DNA from: Podarcis liolepis
Taxonomy: Eukaryota
Length of the DNA stretch: 64,000 nucleotides
Direction: 5' to 3' (one strand)
Assembly (NCBI GenBank): GCA_965112155.1
Contig: OZ218109.1
The notes under the pieces were generated by a model, which was not told the origin of the DNA, ran no database searches, and saw only the letters and a program-made list of their open reading frames with translations. Within the stretch, counting starts at the first letter, position 1. Every line of letters starts with the position of its first letter. The position numbers and the translations under genes are program-made. Shown here one piece after another: positions 10,860 through 23,247 of this stretch.

Positions 10860-13800
10860 CTTTACAACAAAGAAAAGTCTTAGCGCAAATGCAAAGCCAT
10901 ATTCACCAGCAATAACCAAGGGGCAGCTTAGAACCTGGGGACGTGAGGAGCAAGCGTCTTACAGGAAGAGCTGCAACTAAACTTTGGAGCACAAAACCAT
11001 TTAAGAAAGCCATTTGCTATAGGGAGGGGCTGTAAAGCTCCTGCTGTGCAAGGCCTCAGGTTCAATCCCTGGCATTTTCAGATTGGGCTGGTGATGTCCG
11101 CTGCCTGAAAGCCCAGAGCTTCATTGACAAGTGTGATGGAAAAGTTTATTTTTGCTGGGGCAGGTTGGGTCCCGAAGTATTTCCTTTTTCTTTTCCCTAT
11201 GCCAGAAAAGGGTTAATATATGGCAGCCTCTGATTGGCCGAGGGAGGTTTGGGGAGGGGGGAGTTGAAAAGGAGAGGATTTGGAGGCAGTTAGTGAGTTT
11301 TGGAGGCAGTGTTGGGAGGAGGTTTTGGAACATATTGGGACTGAGGTTGGGAGGATAAGTAGGAAGATAGGGAGTGAGAGTTGGTTCTCGGTAGAAACAT
11401 CCACTCTGAGAAAAATATCACAAGCTAGAGAAAAGAGTCTCTGAGATTAGTGTGAAGGACAGTGTCCTGTAAGAGTAATTAGACCAGGAATTAACTGGGA
11501 GGATGAGGTTGAGACAGGAGAAGTAGAAGCTGTAAAGAGACAGTCTACTTAGGTCTCATTCCAGTCAGGAGGGGAGAGATTCTTCTAGTAGGAGAAGACT
11601 CCCAAACCAGTGAAACCTTGGGTCTATTACTTGGAGTACCTCAGGAGTAGGGTTGTCTAAGGGGTGTGTAACTGACAGAAAGCACCACCTTGTTAAGAAC
11701 CAAAGTATTAAGTTAAGAACCAAAGCATTAAGTGTGAAACAACTGAGAAAACCTTGAAGTGAAATAACATTGTAAACTGAAGTATCCTAAGTTTTATCCA
11801 CTCATGTCCTAAACTTCCTTGTTAAATAAAATCATTATTGTTTATTTGAACAAATCCTGCCTGAGACTCCAAATTACTAAGTTTTCCCTCACGCAAGTCC
11901 CCCCCCCACAAGATAACCTGAGTTAGTTTGAGGGAATTTGTGGAAGTGGTGTTCTGTGAGGTGGGTGCACTATATTTAAGTGAGTGGACAGGCCCAACAG
12001 TGAAAGGGGGAAAAGAGCCGTCACGCCCGTTGCAACAGACAATATTGAGCTAATGGACCAATGACATAAGTCAGATTGCTGGGTTCCCATGCACAGCCCT
12101 CTTAGCTTTGTATCTGGGAGGTGAGCTAGGACAGAGATGGCATTGCCTCTGGTGGAGTCCTGTGTTCCTGTGCATTTTTCAGAAAAGGGAAGGGATGGTG
12201 TGTACAGCAAGCTTTGTCATTTTCACTTCTGCTGACGATCTCCAGAATCTTACATTCTCTGCACCGCCTCATCTAAGAAGCTCCGTTGTAATATGCTTCA
12301 GCACCAGTGACATTTAGTTTATCCCACCTTGGGCGCAATATATCATCAACTGCATAGCGCAGGCAACATGTACGCACTTTGCAAAGTGCAAAAGGACAGA
12401 TCCCTGACTGATATGCAGCGATGAAAGATTATCCTAGAAGCAAAAAGCAAGAAAAAGAAAATCAACGAAGATACGCGCAGGTCCTTACTTGAATGAATAT
12501 GTGCCATAGTCTGTCTTCCGTAAACTGTTGCTGCTTCTCCTTCAAAGAATGAAAATGTTCTCCCAGCGGTGCCCCTTCTATGAGCTCCATGACTATGTAC
12601 AGCCTGTCACCTACAAGCAACAAAATGAAATAGAAGCAGCAAAACAAGAGGGAAATTTTCATTTATGTGCCCAGTGATTGGCCAGGAGGCATTATCCAGG
12701 TATACCTCCTGAGCGTTTTGGAATCCAGTCTGACCAATGATTCCTGTATAGGAAGACTAAGTGGCTTACCACTACTCTGGCAGGAATGTAACAGCAGAGG
12801 GATCTGTACCACCAGAGGAAAATGATTAAATGGTTAAACCGTTACAATGGTGCCTTCTCAAAAATCCCTAAAACTGGACTACCAGTAGAAAAGCATTCAG
12901 CTGTGGTGCCCTACTTGTGCAAGAGAGATTTACCATTCCTCTCATCCTGGCCCCCTCTCTACGGCCCCCTATGAAGCACCCAAATCTGAATTTAGAATAC
13001 TCATTTAAACACCCTTAAAATATCAGTGACTTCCCTTCTTCTCTTTCCATGGTTCATTTTGCAAATCATAAATCTCTGCATATTTTACATAAACTAAACC
13101 ATTCAGTATTCCTTTATTACATCCACCAAAACTTATTTACACTGTTGAATTTATCTTAATGCTGCCAACGTTTTCAAGTGTACACAATTCCCCCCCATAT
13201 ATTCAATAAACATTTTCCAATCTTCTTTAAATGTAGGTTCTTCTTGTTCTCTTATTCTATATGTTAAGTGCGCAAGATGTGCATATTCCATCGGTTTAAG
13301 TTGCCATTCTTCTTTAGTTGGGACTTCACTTGTTTTCCATTACTGGCCTAACATAAATAACTAGCAAATCTAAAGCATCCACAACACTATAAGTTGGGCT
13401 AGTCTTTGTCTGGGTTATACTCAGTGCTTTTTTTCTAGACAACTAGTTGCCTGTACTCACCATGAAGTTACAGATAGGTAGCCGTGTTGGTCTGCCATAG
13501 TCAAAATAAAAAATTTCCTTCCAGTAGCATACCAAGAACTAACTTAGTTGGTCTTTAAGGTGCTACTGGAAGGAAATTTTTTATTTTCACCATGAAGTTG
13601 TTACAGTAAGTGCCACACTTCTTAACAACAATAAAAAGAGGTGTCATTACTGTATACCCTTTAAAAAAGTCCTGGTTATACTCATGGTGGTCAACAAGGT
13701 CCAAGTGGAAGCCACCCAGGACTCCAGCCACAGAGATCGGTTGAGAGTTATGAGCCACCTGGAACATCAACGGCATCTGGCCTCTAGCACAAGGAACACA

Positions 13801-16800
13801 CTGCCTACAGTGTACGTCTCCATCCTTGCAAACATTTATCTGCATCTTATTCACCTAGGCCAAAATCCTCAACAACCTCTAAAGGAAAGCATGCAGGAAA
13901 AATAGAGGATTGGATCCAACATCACTCCTAGTCAGAGTAGATGCATTAAAATTAAACGACATGACTAACTTGGGTCCATTCAATTACTCTGAACAGGTGT
14001 TAGTGGGATACAATGCAGATTTTTATTTCCAGACCTGACATAATCCCACCTATATACTGATGCTTCAAGTCTCTTGCCTTCTATTTGAATCCTGACTAAA
14101 GCACAATCTTATACATGTCTACTCGGAAGTAAGATTTACTGGGTTAAATGTGGCTTACTCCCAGGCAGTGCTAATTTTCTAGAAAAAGAGGTGCTGGAAC
14201 TCACCACAAATGCCTCCCTTGTTCTCTTATAATGGCAATGGCGCCCACCTGAGAGGTACGGGAACTGAGTTCGGTGAGTTCTGGCTGAAAAAAAGCCCTA
14301 CTCCCAGGTAAGTAGGTATAGGACTGCACCTGAAATCAAATCAATTTTTCCCAGGTCTCCTAATGTGGGGGCTGCAGCTGGAATATAAGCTTCCTGACGA
14401 CAACAGAAAATATATAGATCATTTTCTTTTTGTAGTTATCTTTTTTCCCCTTTAATCTTATTATAACAATATACTCGTTATGGAATGTAGCCCTGAAAGT
14501 GCATACTTACTTTCTAAGAAGGTTCTGTAATATCGTACGACATTAGGATGATAAAGCTACAATAAAAATAATGTATACAGTTAAGGTTAGATGGAACATC
14601 CATTTGTATCATATCTTCAGAATGTTCCTCTTGGTGGCAGTTATGGCAAATAAGTTTTAAGACTGTGAACACCAGCACAGTATCTTGACCTTTGACACTG
14701 TGCAGGAATCACTTCTTTATTTAAGAAATTGTGGCCAGAATCAGTAAGAGATAACCATAACGTCTGTCTTCTCTATACTGCCTACGGAAATACTGTAGTA
14801 CCCAAAATTGCTCAATTCTCTTTAGTAAGGTTTTCTCTCTCCTTTTATCGGTATTTGGTCTCTTTATGGCCTACTTTGCAGAATGCTTAAAAAAATAAAT
14901 AAGGGTAACTCGAGGGGCCAACTTGAATACAATATTAGGCAGGCCCAGGTAAGCACCGCCCCACATAATCAATCACATGACATGGTGCAATGGCAACGCC
15001 CATCAACTTGGGGGGGTGCAGTCCCCTCAAATATTTCATTGTCTCCTATGTAAGGGTTGTTCTATTTCAAGAAAGAGAAATACAGTGGTACCTCGGGTTA
15101 CATACGCTTCAGGTTACATACACTTCAGGTTACAGACTCCGCTAACCCAGAAATAGTACCTCGGGTTAAGAACTTTGCTTCAGGATGAGAACAGAAATTG
15201 TGCTCCAGCGGCGTGGCAGCAGCAGGAGGCCCCATTAGCTAAAGTGGTGCTTCAGGTTAAGAACAGTTTCAGGTTAAGAACGGACCTCTGGAACGAATTA
15301 AGTACTTAACCCGAGGTACCACTGTAAAAAAAGTGAGCACAGCAAGCAATGTTCCATGGTCTCTGTGTGAGAGTGAAATGGACTTCCATTCAGTGCACAA
15401 GGGGACCTCACATTCTGCTCTTCCCACTCCACTCCACTCAAACACCCACACACCCACAATTGACTCTGGGCAGTTGCGGGACCATCTGGATTTGTGGGGT
15501 CTAGAAGAGGGAAGGGTAAAGCTGCAAATACCAATAGAGTTTGCCCAGTGCAACATGAAAAGGGCACACAAATTCCTTATGTGAGCATCACCACACACAT
15601 ACAGTCTTAGATGCATTTTCATATACAGTGGTACCTCGCAAGACGAATGCCTCACAAGACGAAAAGCTTGCAAGACGAAAGAGTTTTTCGTTTTTTGAGT
15701 TGCTTCGCAAGACAAATTTCCCTATGGGCTTGCTTCGCAAGACGAAAACGTCTTGCAAGTTTGTTTCCTCCCCCCCCCCCCGTGCATTCCTATGGGAAAC
15801 CGTGCTTCGCAAGACGAAAAATTCGCAAGACGAAAAAACTCGCAGAACGAATTAATTTCGTCTCGCGAGGCACCACTGTATTTCGGCAGGAAAAAGGATA
15901 TAAGAAACTGGTTCTCATAATGCATAATCCATGAGAATCCAGCTTAATGGATGTATAGCAAGACTTCATGACAGCTAGCTTAATAATGGTCCTTCATGTA
16001 TGTTCTATGATATTTAGGGGTTAAACTAGATATCGCTTTAATAGGCAAAGGTAAAGAACCCCTGGATGATTAAGTCCAGTCAAAGGTGACTATGGGCTCA
16101 TCTCGCTTTCAGGCCGAGGGAGTCAAGTGTTTGTCGACAGACAGCTTTCCGGGTCAGGGGGCCAGCATGACATAACCGCTTCTGGCACAACAAGACACTG
16201 TGACAGAAACCAGAGCACACGGAAACACCGTTACCTTCCCGCCACAGCGATACCTATTTATCTACTTGCACTGGTGTGCTTTCGAACTGCTAGGTTGGCA
16301 GGAGCTGGGACAGAGCAATGGGAGCTCACCCTGTCGCGGGGATTCGGACTGCCAACCTTCTGATCGGCAAGCCCAAGAGGCTCAGTGGTTTAGACCACAG
16401 CACCACCCAGGTCCCATTACTTTAATAGTGTGTTGGGATTCTGTGCTCTTTCTTTACAAACCAAAAGCAGCTGCGGGGAGCAGCTATTCCGACCAGGTGC
16501 ACAATTCAGGTGCGGAATAATTTGTAACACTCTCCCATATCCTGTTTTCCTGCTGAAATTTGCCCCCTGCTCATTACAGCTAGAGGTTATGTGGGGGGAA
16601 GCAAATGTAACTGGAAAATATTTCTGTTCCCTAAAGCAGGGAAAATAGGAACCTGAAAAACAAAGCGGTATTGGCACCCTGTCATTACCTGGCAACTGCC
16701 AAGTGTTGCAGCATGACTTGTTTTTTAAAAAATATATATACTGTGTAGATAATAGAGCAACATTTTCACTTTCGTGGTTCCATTAGGCTACAACTCTTTA

Positions 16801-19800
16801 TACACAGTCCAAAGAACAAACAAGTAAAACGTTTCAACTGGAAAATACGTTGAAATAGCAATTCTATTTCAAAATATGCATTGAAATAAAAGTCATGTGA
16901 TTTGCAGGCTAGTTCTGATTGAGTTTCAAACTTCATAAGGTCGTCTAATCCAAAAAACTGGGGTCAGGAAATGCTTGGTCTTGCATATGCTCACACTGAG
17001 CATTTGAATTGCCTGAGCACATGTTCTCTGTTGGATCTTAACATGCATTCACCCTGATGCAGATGCATCGCTCTCTAATGTTTACGTGAGAACGGGTTTC
17101 CCCATTTTATTCAATGGAAAGGTTATCTCCTCCACGTGGACATCTTTGCCATTCATGAGGACTGCGACCTCCACAGAAATGAATGAGGAAGTAACCTCAA
17201 TAACAAACTGGTAGAGCTGAAAGTCAGACATGCTTAAAAACCATTAAAAATCAATGGTATTTAAGATGGCGACTGAGCATATAAATCCCACTTCTTCCAG
17301 CTTCCTCTGGATTGGCTAACCGACTACAAATGCTCATTCAATTCAACTGGTGTAGAAAACCTTCACAGAAATGGTTGCCACTGATGCTGTTTTATTTTTG
17401 TATTTAACACAAGTACAAATAGCACATATCACAGCAACGTATTCAGTATGATATTTAAAAGCATTATTCTTACAGGTGTGAAGGTACTTAAAAACAAAAC
17501 AAAGCATCATCAGTGTAAGCAAGTTACTTTCCGGTTGGCATCCAAAAACCTAAATACCATACCACTGTTTGAAAGAGAACTCCAGTAATTTCGATGAAAC
17601 TTATTCCTGGTATGTTTTGACTCACCTGCTCTCTTATTATAGTTAATTCAGAGACAATGTTCTTCACACTGCTGTCTCTGTCCTTTTTGTCCTTTCCAAA
17701 TGCTGGATTATGTAGATTAATTTCTTTCATCGCTAGAAGGTTTTGACCACTGCGTTTCCTAACCTATGTGGGGGTTAAGAACAACAGATAAGGAACAAGA
17801 TTAAAACAAGCACTATTTGTTCATCAAAACTAACTGTACTGTGTCTATTTTAAGAAACGTCCTTTTTTTTTTTTAAGCATCTAATAACCAGCTTGAAATT
17901 CACTGAAGCCTCCATAGGGCACTCAAAACGTGACATGTGAGTATATGAAAGAAAATAGTAACAGATCTATGCAGAAATCGGGGATCTAAGGTATACTCAG
18001 ATGCACTACATCACGGTAGAACAAATACTATTTTGTATTCATATAATGCATTGCAAGTTATTTAAAGTACTTGACCTATATTATGTCAGTAATCTTTACA
18101 GGAATCCCATATAATAGCACCGGTATCGCTAGACACCGGCAAGTGCTGAAAGACAGCCCTTCTAAGCACCATTTTGAATTTGAATAAAACTGGAGGGAGA
18201 TCATGTGACAGCCTGGTCCAGAGAAATAGTGGGGCCAACAGACCAAGGCTCTGTGTAACCATGTAAACTAGCATATGGTCCACCTTTACAGTTGGGAAAA
18301 GAGTGAAACAAATTTGCAATAACATCACAGGCAAGGGTCGAGTGAAAGTATATACAGTGGTGCCTCGGAAGACGAAATTAATTCGTTCCGCGAGTTTTTT
18401 CGTCTAGCGAATTTTTCGTCTTGCGAAGCACGGTGTCGGAAAAGTTTTGGAAAAGTTTCAAAAATCACCAAAAACCTCAAAAAAGGCTACCACACCGCGT
18501 TCTATGAGTTGCTCCTCGAAGTCAAGTCGCAACTGTATTAACGGTGTTAAGAAAAAGGAAACAAACTTGCAAGACGTTTTCGTCTTGCATAGCAAGCCCA
18601 TAGGGAAATTCGTCTTGCGAAGCAGCTCAAAAACCGCAAAACCCTTTCGTCTAGCGAGTTTTTCGTCTTGCAAGGCATTCGTCTTGCGGGGCACCACTGT
18701 AAATGCATGGCAATATTTGATACATATCCCAAAGCCTATTTACCTTGTAAACACTCCCAAAGGCTCCACTGCCAAGATGGTCCAATATTGCATAATTGCC
18801 AATATATTTCGTAGGTGCTTTGTTCTGATTAATGTCTTCAATGTTTTCTGCAATTTGCTTCACTTCATCCTCCTAGTCATGAAATGAGTTAAAAGACTTG
18901 TTTTGATTTATGCAATCTTTCGCCAATAGGACATTGGTTTGGGCTAACAACATGGGCTTTATATGCTTTAGAGATCACCTTCTCCATCATTGGTCATCTG
19001 ATTCTTTCGCAGAAACCAAGAACCCTTTTGTGGCTTTTGTATTGACGTGTCAGGCTCCGACAGCAAGAGAACATGGATGAAAGCTGGCTGTGCGGTTTGT
19101 CGTTTGTCCTAGGGCGGGAGTGACCAAGCCTTTTTTGCCAAAGGGTCATATCCACCCCTCCAGGCAACACATCCTAGTGATGGGTGTGGCCAAAAGCAGT
19201 GTGGCCACCACAGTCTCAAATGTGCAGCTGACACAAAACACGCACAATGGCAGGAACACAAACAGGCACAAAGCACTCCTCCCTTACAAATCAGCTGAGG
19301 GTGGAGGGCCAGGGGCATATCGTGGGGAGCACAAGGGTGTGTATGGCCCCAGGTGCACATTTTTTGACACAAACCAGGCATCCCCAATGTGGCCAGCCTG
19401 GTGCTCCTCTCCACCCACCAAGGGTGACATTGGCCAGCCAGGCTCCCTTCTGCAAGGTGGGCAGGTGGCTCAGTATGGCCCCACTTTGCTCTGGTGGGGA
19501 TGGGGTTACTACAGCAGTGAAGACTAGGCTAGCACCCCCCCTCCCATCCAGTGTACACACATGTGCTTGCCCTGGGCACCAGCAAACAACGTTACGCCAC
19601 TGTTGAGGGTTATCACCCCATCTCTGCTCATCAAATGGTCGAAATGGTGATCAGGCTACTGGGCTCTGCCCACCCTAATATTTTTGCTTTCACTAAATTT
19701 GGTGGGGTCCTAGAGGATCAGGAATATTGGGATGGGGGCAGATTCTGTCCCTGTATTGGAGGTTAGCCACCTTTATCCCATAGCCTGCCACCCACTTCGA

Positions 19801-22800
19801 TTGGAGAAATGCCTAAGCCCATGTGTTTATGAAACTTTATTTTTTATTTTTTGCAAGATCTGTTCATTAACAATATTTTTAAGATAGGGTAAGCTTAATT
19901 TTTTTAGCAGTGTGCTAGTGTGACTAAGGAAGTAAGCAAACATTTACTACTTACCAGTAACGCATTTAGCTTCAATACCAGCTCTTCATAAGCACTTATC
20001 TCCCGAACATAATGCCCAATGTCAATGAAGCTCTCAAACAAGTGTGTAGGGAAGAGTCTACAAAAAGCAAAACTATTTATTTATAGAATTCTGCATAAAG
20101 TTCACACCCAATTACACTGCGGGGGGAAATGCCTAATTTCACTTCGCTGAATAATAATTTTTATTGCTTTACTGGTTTTCTAGGGACAAAATTGTCTTAA
20201 TAAGGACCACATGGATTTTAGTGAGCTAAAGAAAGGGTGGTTGACATATGACTCTCCAAATGTTTTTGGTTCCCAACTCCCACCAGGCCCAGTCAGCATG
20301 ACCAGTGGCAATGGAAGATGGGAGCTGTAGCCCCAACAGCAACAGCTGAAGGAGTGACTGGTTGGACACCCCTGAACTGGTCAGATCCCCTATCTTGAAA
20401 CCAAATACCACTTAACATTTTAAAAATCCTGTAGCTCTTATATAGTACAGTTATATTCTGCCAGTATAAATTTAATATTAAGGAGTTGTAGCCATGTCAT
20501 TAACACATTGTCTACTTTATTGGCTCAGACAGTAGCTTCAGAACAGCCAGCCACTGAACCCCACAAGAGTCTTCTCAAGGTTGTTTATTCAGAGTAGAAA
20601 TACAGTCAATGAGCATGACATTCTGCTAATTAATTTGACCTCACTAGAAAGATGGCCTTGCAATTAGTTTTAGAAACACTGAAAATGACGGAAAAGAAAA
20701 TATATGTTTTTAAACAGGAAAGCTGCTATCCCTAATTTCATTTATGCTTCCACTCCCAAAAAAGTTATATGAATCATGTTATGACACTGATGCAGAAGGC
20801 TGATGGAAATACTTCTATGTGCTAAAAGTCCATGCTGAACCCAAAACATCTGAAATATCTGCTCAACATCTGATCACCTGAAAGTTCTCTATCTTGAGCC
20901 AGTATTAAATGTAAGAAAGAGATAGAGAGAAAGAGCGCACAATTTTTAATGCATTATTCGACTGCAATGTTTCCAAACTGATGACTGAGATGTTTTTCTC
21001 CTCAATTGAAATTGGAGGTACACTTCACTCAAAAAATAAATAGGAATTTCCTTGATCAGGTCCCAGAACAACAGGCATGTTATCTTCTTGTCAGACAAAA
21101 ATATATCACCAAGGGCAGCTGCTCCGTGATAAGGAGCATAAACAGGCAAACAAATAAATTACAGTAGTCATTTTCTTCAGAGTCACTCATGTATTTGGTA
21201 GAAGCAACATCAACTCGTGAGTCAAGACCCGGACGCTGTTCCGGTACAATCGGTGTTTCTTCCCACAAAGGGGCTTAATCGTGAAACTGTACCATGAAGT
21301 CTAAGCAGTATATAATCAATAGTTTAGAAAAATGGGCAAATCCGTCCCTATGTGCATATCTGCCATGGGAAGAACAAAGAGAGACTTTCCAGCTTTCTAT
21401 TTGTTAACCTATTAATGCTCTGGTTAATAATCTTTCCAGGCTTCTTGTCCACCCTAGTCAATCTTTAGGTTCAGCCATCATCCTCTGTCAGCTACAGCCC
21501 AGGATGTGCCATTTAATTCCAGTGCATTCTTAACTCCTCCCTCTTAATGATATTACTCCGGTACTCAGAGTGAATGCATTCAACACCTCACATTTCAAAC
21601 CCAGACACACTTCAAAGTCCCTCTCGCTGTACATATTTTACCGTAAATCAGTTTCTAACTGCTTCAGTGACATTTGGCAACGTCTGAAATACAAATCCTT
21701 TAAAAAATATAAATGAGCAGATCAATGAAATGTTACTGCCCCTGACGCAGAGGTGCCAGAAATGTTTCAAGAGATCTCCATGTGGCATCTGAGCTTTTGA
21801 ACTGGACCTAAAACACAGATACATTTTCTTTGCAGAGACATCTATGGACAACAATGTCAACCATCTCATTTTCGGTTCTCCCAGCTACAAAACAGTAAAT
21901 CTAACTAAGACTTAAGCCTAATGCTAAGCATTAACCCGCAGGCTTTTTGTTGTAACTCAAGTGAACATTTTGAGAGCGTAATCTCTTCTAATATTAAATT
22001 TGCATACCTTTTGAAGAGGTGTCTGTTCCTTTCCATACTGAAAAGGAATCGCAGGGCTCTGAAGGCATAGCACTGGAGAGAGGGAAATGAATACATTAAG
22101 GTAATTCTATGCAGAAGCATTACTGACCACATTTGGCTGCTTTTGCCTGAGAAGTCCATGCCAGACTACTAAATAAGCAACTGCTTGTAGCTAGAATGGG
22201 GCCTAAAAGCCTGGTATTTTTCTGAAGTAATAGAACAAGAAGAAAAATGATGCTGGAAATTAAAAAGACATCCATCTTTGTTTCAATTTAGTGTATGATG
22301 TTAAGAACTGTTGCTGCTCTGCTACCAATATGAATTTGTTGGCACTCCCAGACCTCTACTGGCATTTTAAATCCATGTTTAAAGCAAGCAGTACAAAAAT
22401 GGCTAATCCTGTAAAAATGTCAGAATGATCAAACCAGCTTACTGGGTACATAGATTCAGGAGCTTGCCTCAGTGACAAATTATTTAGGTGTCTCAATTCA
22501 TAAAGTAAAGCACAAAATTTGAGACTACTGTGATGCCTCATACATTTTCATATATTTCATTTGTTTTCTGCATTACATGGTAATGCATTTTTCAAAACGA
22601 TTGGGACCATATATGTATGCTGTCACGCCATTAAACAACCAGGCGCAGAATCCAGCATGTGGATAAGCAAGTAAAGGTAAAGGTACCCCTGCCCTTACGG
22701 GCCAGTCTTGACAGACTCTAGGGTTGTGCACCCATCTCACTTAAGAGGCCGGGGGCCAGCGCTGTCCGGAGCACCTGAAGCACTATTTCTGGGTTAGCGG

Positions 22801-23053
22801 AGTCTGTAACCTGAAGCGTCTGTAACCTGAGGTACCACTGTACACAGAATCATAGAACTGCAGAGTTGGAAGGGACGACGAGGGTCATCTAGTCCAACCC
22901 CTGCAATGTAGGAATCTTTGTGCCCAACATGGCGCATCATGCCAAGCAAATCGGTCCAAAATGCATTCCATTGCAGAATTTGGTTACACCTTGGTAGGGA
23001 GTTTTACAGAAAAATTCTGATGTACGGTGTCTTATATTATTTTGTATCAGAGC

Positions 23054-23096
<43 letters not shown>

Positions 23097-23197
23097 TGTG
23101 TGTGTGTGTGTGCGCGTGTGTGTGTGTCATATGGAGTTTTTAAAGTGTGATGTATACTGTATAATGCATTTTGTTATGCAGGTGTATGCAATTGCAT

Positions 23198-23247
<50 letters not shown>

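Noticed and set aside
15626-15878. Repeated GCAAGACGAAA units resembling a CRISPR-like array
   Set aside because: Irregularly spaced subterminal repeats of a TIR-bounded MITE in a eukaryotic intron
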